From Syntrophales bacterium (GTDB lineage Bacteria > Desulfobacterota > Syntrophia > Syntrophales > PHBD01): a DNA stretch of 64,000 nt. A model generated the notes under the pieces. That model had not been told where the DNA came from. It ran no database searches and was given only the letters and a program-made list of their open reading frames with translations. Position numbers and translations under genes: made by a program. Positions 36,258 to 44,752 of this stretch are shown in pieces (positions within the stretch are counted from its first letter, which is position 1; every line of letters starts with the position of its first letter). The stretch spans positions 2,080,001 to 2,144,000 of the forward strand of contig OY764159.1 of NCBI GenBank assembly GCA_963668175.1, given 5' to 3'.

Positions 36258-36635
36258 ATGGTTCCTGTAGAAGTGATCGTCGGTGTACAGAGGCGACGTC
36301 GCTGGTCGGCTGCCGAGAAGAAGTCGATGGTGCGGGAGGCGGAGCAGCCGGGAATGAGCATCTCGGCTGTAGCCCGGAAGTATGACATCCATCCGAACCA
36401 GTTGTTCCACTGGCGCAGGCTTGCCGAAGAAGGGGCTCTGTCGGCGGTTGGTGCAGATGAAGGCGTCGTTCCTGCATCGGAAGCCAGAGAACTGAAAAAG
36501 CAGATCCGGGAGTTGGAGCGTCTTCTGGGCAAAAAGACAATGGAGGTGGAGATATTAAGGGAGGCTGTCCGGATTGCCCGTGAAAAAAAACTGATCTCGC
36601 GGTTGCCGTTGTTGCCGGAGGACGATTCCCGATGA
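36258..36635 (+). CDS. IS3-family transposase OrfA
   Basis: RRRWSAAEK...SISAVARKYDIHPNQLFHWRR HTH; A8 slippery run at 36583-36590. Confidence 0.93.
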   Translation: MVPVEVIVGVQRRRRWSAAEKKSMVREAEQPGMSISAVARKYDIHPNQLFHWRRLAEEGALSAVGADEGVVPASEARELKKQIRELERLLGKKTMEVEILREAVRIAREKKLISRLPLLPEDDSR

Positions 36636-37480
36636 AGACGGTTGTCGATACGCTGGACGTTTCCCGTTCCCGGCAGTACGAAAGGCAAGGGAAGGAAGCC
36701 GATTCGAGAAGCCGCCATTACAGGAGAGGCGACGATGGCAGATATCTTCTTCTGATCAGGCAGGTTATTGATAATCGTCCCAGTTACGGCTATCGGAGAG
36801 TAACGGCAAGAATCAACAAGCTTCTGGAACGTCAGGGGCATCCGGGAGTTAATCCCAAACGGATTTATCGTCTCATGAAGATGCACAATCTGCTTCTTCA
36901 GCGGCATACGGGTAGGCCGGCAAGGCTTCACGAGGGTAAGGTCACGACGAGACGGAGCGATCTTCGTTGGTGTTCTGATGCGTTTGAGATTGCCTGCTGG
37001 AATGGGGACCGTCTCCGGGTAGCGTTCAGCATGGATTGTTGCGACAGGGAAATCATGAGTTATATAGCCACGACAGGGGGCGTATCCGGCGACATGGTCA
37101 GGGACTTGATGGCGGAAGCCATTGAGGCCCGTTTCGGTATGATCAATCGGCTGCCTCACAGAATCCAGTGGCTGAGCGATAATGGTCCTGCGTACACCGC
37201 CAGGGAAACGAAAAGCTTTGGGCAGATGATGGGGCTTGAGGTTTGCACGACCCCGTTCTATAGCCCGGAATCGAACGGAATGGCCGAATCCTTTGTCAAG
37301 ACCTTCAAGAGGGATTATGTTCATCTGAATATCCTGACTGATGCCGAAACGGTCATGAAGCAACTGCCCGGATGGTTCGTAGACTACAATGAAAACCATC
37401 CGCACAAGGGATTGAAAATGATGTCGCCCAGGGAGTATAGGAGACATCAAAATAAGTTAGAACAGTGTCCGGTGAAATAG
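36632..37480 (+). CDS. IS3-family transposase OrfB (DDE), in -1 frame relative to OrfA
   Basis: YGYRR, WCSD, WLSDNG, SPESNGMAESFVKTFKRDY motifs. Confidence 0.95.
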   Translation: MKTVVDTLDVSRSRQYERQGKEADSRSRHYRRGDDGRYLLLIRQVIDNRPSYGYRRVTARINKLLERQGHPGVNPKRIYRLMKMHNLLLQRHTGRPARLHEGKVTTRRSDLRWCSDAFEIACWNGDRLRVAFSMDCCDREIMSYIATTGGVSGDMVRDLMAEAIEARFGMINRLPHRIQWLSDNGPAYTARETKSFGQMMGLEVCTTPFYSPESNGMAESFVKTFKRDYVHLNILTDAETVMKQLPGWFVDYNENHPHKGLKMMSPREYRRHQNKLEQCPVK

Positions 37481-37496
37481 GGGCAACTCCACGAGG

Positions 37497-37822
37497 TGCC
37501 TTTAGGATGTACAATTATTCCATATCGAGTTAGGAATGATGGATCTGTGAAAACCCAGGAAGAGATAAGTATTCCATTACGGACAAGTTTAGATACCCAA
37601 CTAATCTCAGATCAATTAACAAAGGCCATATTATCGAACATTAGACATGATTGGATTCGATTTGAAGAGATACGAAATGGAGTTGAGAGCCAGGGAACAT
37701 CAAAGCCGCAGAAGAAAACACTTGCGCATGCACTCAAAGAGCTTCAATGGCTCGGTTGCATCGAGATTAGGAATTCTGAAGAGGATGCGAAGCATTGGCA
37801 AGTCAAAAGGACGGAGTCATGA
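37497..37822 (+). pseudogene. 3' part of the interrupted metallophosphoesterase (wHTH-like tail)
   Basis: In frame with the 5' part (...FSRHE-VPLGC...); reconstructed protein is 428 aa. Confidence 0.85.
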
Positions 37823-39819
37823 TGAAATCGCCTTTTCAAACGGCCAGATTTGAATATGAAGGAGAACATCTCTATTTTTTGCCAACAAATTTCATGAATG
37901 TTCTTGAATTACCTAAACCCGTTTACTTGATAGGATCCAGGGGTACAGGAAAAACTACGCTTCTTAAGGCATTAAATTGGAATGAACGAATTAACAATAC
38001 TTCTTTGCAGCGACAATTGGGATCAGATATTTTTATTAAGAGGTATATTGGTGTCTACTTCAAATTGCCTGATCATCGCTTTGATGCCCTTGATGCGAAG
38101 CTGCAACAAGAAAATAAAGACTTAGGCAATTTGATAAGATCTTTATATATAGATGTACTTGGTTTACAGCTCCTTGTCGATGCCATTTCCGAATTAATCA
38201 TCAATAAAATCATTATGGCCACACCAAAAGACGAGCAGAAATGTGTAACGTCAATTCTTGAGGACTTTGAAGAGTGGTTTCAGCCAATCATTGAGAATAT
38301 ATTTTCAAAAAAGCCTGCAACATTAAAGAATCTTAATAATTTGTTTCGTAGTATTCAGTTGACGATTGAACGATATGCGATCTATGGAGGAGAAGCTTCA
38401 TCTGTCGCGTCTGATTACACTGGTCAAATTGGTGAATTTGGAAGATGCGTTGCAAAGCGACTCGGTGAACTGTGCAATATACAAATCGATGAACCGATGT
38501 ATAAATGGTTTTTCAAAATCTGTATGGACGAGGGTGAGTGTCTAAGCAATAACGACCGTCTGGTATTTAACACAATGACCCGTCTTTCAGAATGGCCACT
38601 ATTTCACGTAGTATGCTTTGTTGAACGTCCAGAGGATATATCGAGCACGTTGATTCCGAATTTAACATTGTCTGATGCTGATCGCACACTGATATTGCTT
38701 GAAGATATGACTGATAGGGAATTCCGAATTCTGGGAGAAGGAGTGGCGACAATTCGGATGCAAGAGTTGCTGGAAGATTTTACCGTTAAATTTGATACCA
38801 AGATGTGTTTAGGAAAATTGAATATAAATAAGATGGCGATGTCTATCTTGGAAGAATCAACAAGTAGAAAAGCAAAAGATCTTCTAGCGAATGCGCGTGA
38901 GAAAATGAAAGATCCCATTATTTGTAATATGCTCTCAGGAAAGGCTGATCAACGCGCGGATGATGAAGATACGCTGATCGAAAAAAGTGAAGAAATAAAT
39001 TTAGATCTACTGCCCATTTATCAGACGTATCTTATTCAGAAACTTAATTTGGTATTACCGACGCCCGATGATCCGCAGTGGGCGAGAAGAGCACAGGAAA
39101 GCGCAGAGTTGAGAAAGAAAATGGTGGCAGCATATTTATCACTATGTGATGAGATGGGGATGAATGTTCGTTATGCGACAGCTGATATGGTTCTGCAAAT
39201 GAGTGATAAATGTATTCGTGATTTCTTGACTTTTATACATGAAATATTCATCGAAAGCAAGTTCAGCCTACATAATTTTATAAAGAATCAAGTTCCAATG
39301 AAAATTCAGGATAAAGCAATTAAACATGCCAGCAATCTAAAGAGAAATTCGTTAAAGCAGTCTGGAATAATATCACCAACTGAAGCTGGGCGTATAATCG
39401 ATGCTCTCGCGAAAATTACTAAATATATTCAAACGAAGAGTCCAGATCTTTCTCATTTAGAGGCCACTGAAAGAGGAAAATTCACTTTATCAATGCAGCC
39501 AACAGAAAGGGAAATATTCACTTCGGTGTTAAAATTGATTAAAGATGCAGCTCAGGCAGGGTTTTTAATCATCTCTCAGGAGGGTGAATCAAAATGGAAA
39601 TTCAGGGTTCATACCTCACTGGCCGCATTTTTTGGTTTTTCATATCGTGGGGCGTACTATGATACACCTCTGGATATTAAGGAATTAGACGCTATCAGAC
39701 AGAGTTCTGACCTAGATGATTTTGAGAAGCATGTTGAGAAAATATCCAAGAGATTAGCAGGCTGGAAGAATGATATAGGAACCCTATTTGAGTGGAATAA
39801 AGATGGAAACAGTATTTAG
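37819..39819 (+). CDS. ORC/CDC6-like P-loop ATPase
   Basis: Walker A GSRGTGKTT; Walker B-like ICMDEGE; ATGA overlap with the upstream gene. Confidence 0.85.
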   Translation: MMKSPFQTARFEYEGEHLYFLPTNFMNVLELPKPVYLIGSRGTGKTTLLKALNWNERINNTSLQRQLGSDIFIKRYIGVYFKLPDHRFDALDAKLQQENKDLGNLIRSLYIDVLGLQLLVDAISELIINKIIMATPKDEQKCVTSILEDFEEWFQPIIENIFSKKPATLKNLNNLFRSIQLTIERYAIYGGEASSVASDYTGQIGEFGRCVAKRLGELCNIQIDEPMYKWFFKICMDEGECLSNNDRLVFNTMTRLSEWPLFHVVCFVERPEDISSTLIPNLTLSDADRTLILLEDMTDREFRILGEGVATIRMQELLEDFTVKFDTKMCLGKLNINKMAMSILEESTSRKAKDLLANAREKMKDPIICNMLSGKADQRADDEDTLIEKSEEINLDLLPIYQTYLIQKLNLVLPTPDDPQWARRAQESAELRKKMVAAYLSLCDEMGMNVRYATADMVLQMSDKCIRDFLTFIHEIFIESKFSLHNFIKNQVPMKIQDKAIKHASNLKRNSLKQSGIISPTEAGRIIDALAKITKYIQTKSPDLSHLEATERGKFTLSMQPTEREIFTSVLKLIKDAAQAGFLIISQEGESKWKFRVHTSLAAFFGFSYRGAYYDTPLDIKELDAIRQSSDLDDFEKHVEKISKRLAGWKNDIGTLFEWNKDGNSI

Positions 39820-40819
39820 ACAATCATATCTCAAAGGGACGTCAAACAGATTAAACGATGTAAAACAACTTGAGGGAAAATATGATTTGTTCATATGTGC
39901 CTCAAGTTGGGATGGGAGGTGTGTTTGTGTAACGGATTCAAAAATCAGTGTGGATTATGCTATTCCCATATTTTTCAGCGTACGAGATAACATGGGGCTT
40001 CGTGATAAATATGATAAACTGATTTTAAAATACTGCAAAAGAATAGCAGCAAGAACGATTCCTATATCAGGAGCGTCGATAAACGTTGAAATGATGTGGA
40101 ATGATTTACATAAAAATATTTTGACAATAATGGAGAGTGTGCATCGTCCTTTGGATATAATAATTGATATTTCAACGCTGCCACGATATTACTACGGTGC
40201 TATTTGTGCCTTAGGAATTAAGACGGGATTTGCTCATAAGATTACCTGTTTCTATGCTGAGGCAAACTATCCACCCCCCAATCAAGCAGAGCAGGAAATC
40301 GCATTCACAGGAGGCAGTTGGAGGGCAATTCCAATTCCCGGGCTATTGGGTGATTATGATCCGAGAAAGAAAAGATTTTACTTAGTTTCAATTGGTTTTG
40401 AAGGATGGAAAACACTTCGTGTCGTTTCAAGGGCTGATCCAGAAAGAGTATCAATATTATTTCCTGATCCCGGATTTGATATGGAATATCCTGATAGAAC
40501 ACTAAATAATAATCAAGAACTGATCTGGCAATACAAAGTACCTGATACACAAGTCGTAAAAGCACATGCTGGTGATGCAATAGGAGCTTGGAAAGCGCTG
40601 AGCATTAATTCAGTAGAGAGGGCTGAAGAGGAGAATACATATTATCTCTGCAGTGGCACAAAACCGCATTCATTAGCCATGATTTTAAGGGCTATGGCGC
40701 TCAAATATCCAGTCGTCCTCTACAATCGGCCTGATGAACATAATGTAGTATTAATTGAGCCGAATGGAAAATATTGGAAATATGAAATTAAAGATTTAAC
40801 GGTATGTCGATATGAGTGA
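39803..40819 (+). CDS. Hypothetical Rossmann-like protein, partner of the ATPase
   Basis: IIIDISTLPR, SIGFEG and SGTKPHSL motifs; overlaps both neighbours. Confidence 0.75.
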   Translation: METVFRQSYLKGTSNRLNDVKQLEGKYDLFICASSWDGRCVCVTDSKISVDYAIPIFFSVRDNMGLRDKYDKLILKYCKRIAARTIPISGASINVEMMWNDLHKNILTIMESVHRPLDIIIDISTLPRYYYGAICALGIKTGFAHKITCFYAEANYPPPNQAEQEIAFTGGSWRAIPIPGLLGDYDPRKKRFYLVSIGFEGWKTLRVVSRADPERVSILFPDPGFDMEYPDRTLNNNQELIWQYKVPDTQVVKAHAGDAIGAWKALSINSVERAEEENTYYLCSGTKPHSLAMILRAMALKYPVVLYNRPDEHNVVLIEPNGKYWKYEIKDLTVCRYE

Positions 40820-41663
40820 TGAGAATCAACCGGTTTTCCCCATCCTAAAATGGCCGGGGGGAAAGTCATGGTTAGCCGAGAGACTTAGTCAGATTATTGG
40901 AGATGAGATTGCTACTAATGGCACATATTATGAGCCATTCTTAGGTGCAGGTTCTATATATTTCTATTTTCGACCAGAAAAGAGTATCTTGTCAGATGTA
41001 AATCCAGCACTGATAAATTTTTATAAATGTCTGAGAAATAATTCAGATAAGATTATTAAACGTGTGTGGTCATTTTCGAATAAAAGCGAATGTTATTATA
41101 AAGTGCGGAATATGCACCCTCGAACAGACATTGGAGAATCTGCGAGATTTCTATACCTAAATAAAACATGCTGGGGTGGTGTGTATAGACTGAATCAAAA
41201 AGGTGAATATAATGTACCATTTGGTAATTCAGGGAGGAAAATATGCAGTCGCAATAGGGTCTTAGCTGCTGCGGACGCTTTGCGCAATGCAACTCTGATA
41301 TGCTCAGATTTTGAACCTATAATGACAGCGGCTAAGAATGGAGATTGTATATACGCCGATCCACCATATAGTACCTTAGGGCAGAACAACGGATTCCTCC
41401 GGTATAATGAGAGATTATTCAAGTGGTCAGATCAACAAAGACTTGCCAGATCATGCCGAGATTCTGCCGATAGGGGTGCATTTGTCGCGATAAGTGCACT
41501 TTGGCATGATGATATATTAAAGTTGTTCCCTGATTGGTGGGCATGGAAAATAGAAAGAAAGTCACTAATAAGCAGAAAAATTGAAGGGCGTCGTTCAATT
41601 TGTGAAGTTGTTATATTCAGTAATAAGCCGGGATCGATATCAGAAAACATTACAAAAATATAA
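40812..41663 (+). CDS. D12-class (Dam-like) N6-adenine DNA methyltransferase
   Basis: LKWPGGK, YEPFLGAGS, NVPFG and YADPPY motifs. Confidence 0.95.
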   Translation: MSDENQPVFPILKWPGGKSWLAERLSQIIGDEIATNGTYYEPFLGAGSIYFYFRPEKSILSDVNPALINFYKCLRNNSDKIIKRVWSFSNKSECYYKVRNMHPRTDIGESARFLYLNKTCWGGVYRLNQKGEYNVPFGNSGRKICSRNRVLAAADALRNATLICSDFEPIMTAAKNGDCIYADPPYSTLGQNNGFLRYNERLFKWSDQQRLARSCRDSADRGAFVAISALWHDDILKLFPDWWAWKIERKSLISRKIEGRRSICEVVIFSNKPGSISENITKI

Positions 41664-42054
41664 AAAATGAGAGGCTGGATTCAATTAGATTAGCAGAAAA
41701 TAACAGAAATCCGATCATATTTTAAAACACGAATGATGAATTTTTTGTACAGTAGCGGTATTCACCTAACAGTCACCCCTGCGCGGGGATAGATATTCAG
41801 GCTGCCTTTTTCTCTTCTCTATAATCTTCGCATTCGATCCATAATCCTTTTGAAAAGCCCCCCCCACCCCCAAAATCCCCCAAAATAGTCCTGCCCTTTT
41901 TGCCGCTCTTCAAGTAGAATGACCGGACGGGCAGTACGGGCGGCTTGGCGTCCGGCCGGGATGTCGTACGGGATATCGGCCGGGCGGCGCGCCCTCGCAA
42001 CGGATAACGCCTGCGCGCAGGCAATACATATCGGGTGGACCGGAGGTTTTCGCA

Positions 42055-42648
42055 ATGAAGAAGGTCGTATGGGGATTGATTGGGGCCCTGCTTATGGCGG
42101 GGTCGGTTTATGCGGCGGAGGATGTGACGGGCAAGGACGTCTTTTCGGTGATTCATTCGCGGAAGAGCGTCCGCCATTTCACGGGGGCGGCCGTCTCCCG
42201 GGCGGATTTGGAAAAGATCGTCCGGGCGGGGATGGCGGCGCCGACGGCGGGCAACATGCAGCCGTGGTCGTTCGTCGTCGTCACGGAGCGCAAGACGCTC
42301 GACGACCTGGCGGCGGGCCTGCTGAATGCCCGGATGCTCGCCAAGGCGGGCGCGGCCATCGTCGTCTGCACGGAGGAGGCGAAGGCCAACGCGAAGAAGC
42401 GGGACCTGGCGATCAGCGATGCGTCGGTCGCGGGGGAGAACATCCTCCTCGCCGTCGAGGGGCTGGGGCTCGGGGGCGTGTGGACGGCCGCGAATCCCTA
42501 TGAGGACCGCGTGAAGGTCGTAAGGACGATCCTCAACATTCCCCCGGAGGTCATCCCGCTGAACGTCATCGCTATCGGCGTCCCCACGGGCGAGGACAAG
42601 CCGAAGGACAAGTTCAAAAAGGAAAAAATCCACTGGGAAAAGTGGTGA
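42055..42648 (+). CDS. Nitroreductase family protein (with signal-like N terminus)
   Basis: RKSVRHF, APTAGNMQPW, ENILLA..LGLGGVW motifs. Confidence 0.93.
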   Translation: MKKVVWGLIGALLMAGSVYAAEDVTGKDVFSVIHSRKSVRHFTGAAVSRADLEKIVRAGMAAPTAGNMQPWSFVVVTERKTLDDLAAGLLNARMLAKAGAAIVVCTEEAKANAKKRDLAISDASVAGENILLAVEGLGLGGVWTAANPYEDRVKVVRTILNIPPEVIPLNVIAIGVPTGEDKPKDKFKKEKIHWEKW

Positions 42649-42709
42649 CGGGACCAGGGCGGGCGTCTGCCGCCGCCGAAAAACGAAACAAAGGGGGGGA
42701 GCTTCATCC

Positions 42710-43282
42710 ATGAACGCGGACGACGAGAAGTGGATTGCGGATATCGAATCGGGCGACGTGACGGCGGCGTTCGAAGCCGTTAAGCAAATCGCCCATCGCG
42801 AACTCTCCGGGGAGGCCATAGACCGGATAGCCCGCATCGCGGGAAACGGGGCGGCGCTGCACAACCGGGCCGCGGCCACGGGCGTCCTCGGCAATGTCGG
42901 CAACCGGGATGCCGCCCTGACAGTATTGATCGGCCTTCTGGCCGCGCCGGACCAGCACGAATCCGTCCGCGGGTTCGCCGCCGAGGGTATCGCCGCGCAG
43001 CGCCCGGCAAACCGGACCAAGCTGAGAAAGAAGGCGGAAGGCGTTCTCATGCAGGCCCTGCGGGACCCCTCGCCGACGGTCAGGTTCTGGGCGTGTTACG
43101 CCGTCGGCCAGCTGGGCATGAAAAAGGCCCTTCCCATCCTGAAGGAAATGAAAGCGGGCGATTGCACGCTGTGCCCCGGCTGGTGGTACGTCTCGGAAGA
43201 GGCGGCGGACGCCGTCGAATGGATCCACGGACGGGCGGGCGAAACGCGGGTGCCGGTGCATGAAAGAACGTCGGAGCATTAA
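42710..43282 (+). CDS. HEAT-repeat protein
   Basis: LRDPSPTVRFWACYAVGQL; VRGFAAEGI. Confidence 0.8.
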   Translation: MNADDEKWIADIESGDVTAAFEAVKQIAHRELSGEAIDRIARIAGNGAALHNRAAATGVLGNVGNRDAALTVLIGLLAAPDQHESVRGFAAEGIAAQRPANRTKLRKKAEGVLMQALRDPSPTVRFWACYAVGQLGMKKALPILKEMKAGDCTLCPGWWYVSEEAADAVEWIHGRAGETRVPVHERTSEH

Positions 43283-43303
43283 CCGGCGCGGGAAGGCCGC
43301 CGC

Positions 43304-43861
43304 ATGAACCCGGCAACGCATTTTCTCGCCGGGTGGCTGATTGCGAACGTCGATCACCTGGGACGAAGGGACCGGGCGTTAGTGACGGCAGCGTCGGTCA
43401 TCCCCGATGCCGACGGCCTGGGGATCCTCGCCCACACCGTCACGAACGCCCACGACGGGTGGGCCTTCTACGCGAAGTACCACCACGTCCTTGCCCACAA
43501 TATCTTCTTCGGCCTGGCCCTGACGGCCGGCGTTTACGCCGTCTCGAAAAAGCGGGGCCTTGCGGCCTTTCTCGCCTTTCTCGGCTTCCACCTGCATCTC
43601 CTGTGCGATCTCATAAGCGGACGCGGCCCCGACGGGACCGTGTGGACCGTCGCCTATCTCTACCCCCTGGTCCCGGACTTCCGGCTTTCGTGGTCCGGCC
43701 AGTGGGAGCTGGACGCCTGGCCGAACTTCATCGTCACGGCCGTCTTTCTCGCGGCGACGTTCTATCTCGCCTGGCGGCGGGGCTTCTCCCCGGTGAGCAT
43801 CTTCTCGGAACGCGCGGACCGCGCCGTCGTCGCATCGCTCCGCAGCCGCTTCCCCCGGTAG
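43304..43861 (+). CDS. Membrane-bound metal-dependent hydrolase (YdjM-like)
   Basis: TH, PDAD, HH..AH and HLLCD motifs. Confidence 0.85.
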   Translation: MNPATHFLAGWLIANVDHLGRRDRALVTAASVIPDADGLGILAHTVTNAHDGWAFYAKYHHVLAHNIFFGLALTAGVYAVSKKRGLAAFLAFLGFHLHLLCDLISGRGPDGTVWTVAYLYPLVPDFRLSWSGQWELDAWPNFIVTAVFLAATFYLAWRRGFSPVSIFSERADRAVVASLRSRFPR

Positions 43862-44752
43862 GGCCGTCCGGGCGTCCTGCCCGGTTATGATGCGCGGTAG
43901 GGGCGTCCTCCCGGAAGACGCATAAAGACTGGGGCGAACTCCCTGCGGAATACTGCAAAGCCGGGGCTTTCCGCACGCGGATATCGGCCCGCGGCGGTTT
44001 CGTTCGGATTATTACGGATATCCTGGATGCGATGACGGCAGGGGGGGAAGGGTGCTGCGCACAAGCGGCAGCGGGGCTTCCCGGCATGGGGAGGTCCAGG
44101 CCCGCTACGCTTCCGCGGAGACGGTCCGCAAAACGGGGCCGCTGCCGCGGAAACGGGAGAATCGGGGCTGTCCTTTGCGGGGAAGAGTCGGCACGTCTGA
44201 AAGCCCCGGGACATCGTATGGAACAACATCCCGGGGCATCCAACGTGGAACGTTGGAACACCCCCACCACTGCACCCCCCATAACACATTTTTGCCCTCT
44301 TTTCACCATGGAAGTGACAATTTTCGTCTGCTGCCTGTGCCGCGAATAGCATAGGCGCGCAGTCGACGCTTCATGTTAACCGGTTTTTCCGCCCCGGCGG
44401 CGCGACCGCCGCGCCGCCTTCGCCCTATACATTCCTTATACAATAATGCTTTACAAAACAGCCCGATTCGTATATCGAAAATAGGAGCATTTGGAGGGGG
44501 GCCATGAGAAGCACACCTATGCTTCCTTTACCGGCACTTTTATCGTCGGCTTCCTTTGTCCTTCGGGCGGCCCGCCCGCGCCGCGCTTTCCCCGTCTCCG
44601 TCCGCCTGCGTTCGATTCCGGTCCGTCCGTCTCTCTCCGCCGCCGGCTTTCGTCCGCCTTTCTTTCCCGAACATCGGCATGCCTGTCTTCTGCGGCGTGC
44701 CTGTTTATAGGGTTCACTGTGGATTTCATTCATAGATACAGGGGGGTATTTT

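Larger units (their letters stand above)
36163..37491 (+). mobile_element. IS3-family (IS2 group) insertion sequence, 1329 bp, 5-bp target duplication CGAGG
   Basis: IRL TGAAGTAGCCCCCAATTGAACCGGACAC; IRR (rc) TGGAGTTGCCCCTATTTCACCGGACAC; CGAGG at 36158-36162 and 37492-37496. Confidence 0.97.

Noticed and set aside
36155..37450. 431-aa minus-strand ORF inside the IS
   Set aside because: Antisense to OrfA/OrfB; common in IS3-family elements
40812..41663. Calling the methylase the housekeeping dam gene or a simple type II R-M system
   Set aside because: It lies in an AT-rich island coupled to non-REase genes; its specificity cannot be determined from sequence alone
43925..44005. Possible c-di-GMP-I riboswitch (GCAAAGCC)
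   Set aside because: I could not build the P1/P2 pairing or GNRA loop, and no gene is close downstream; an Rfam scan would be needed
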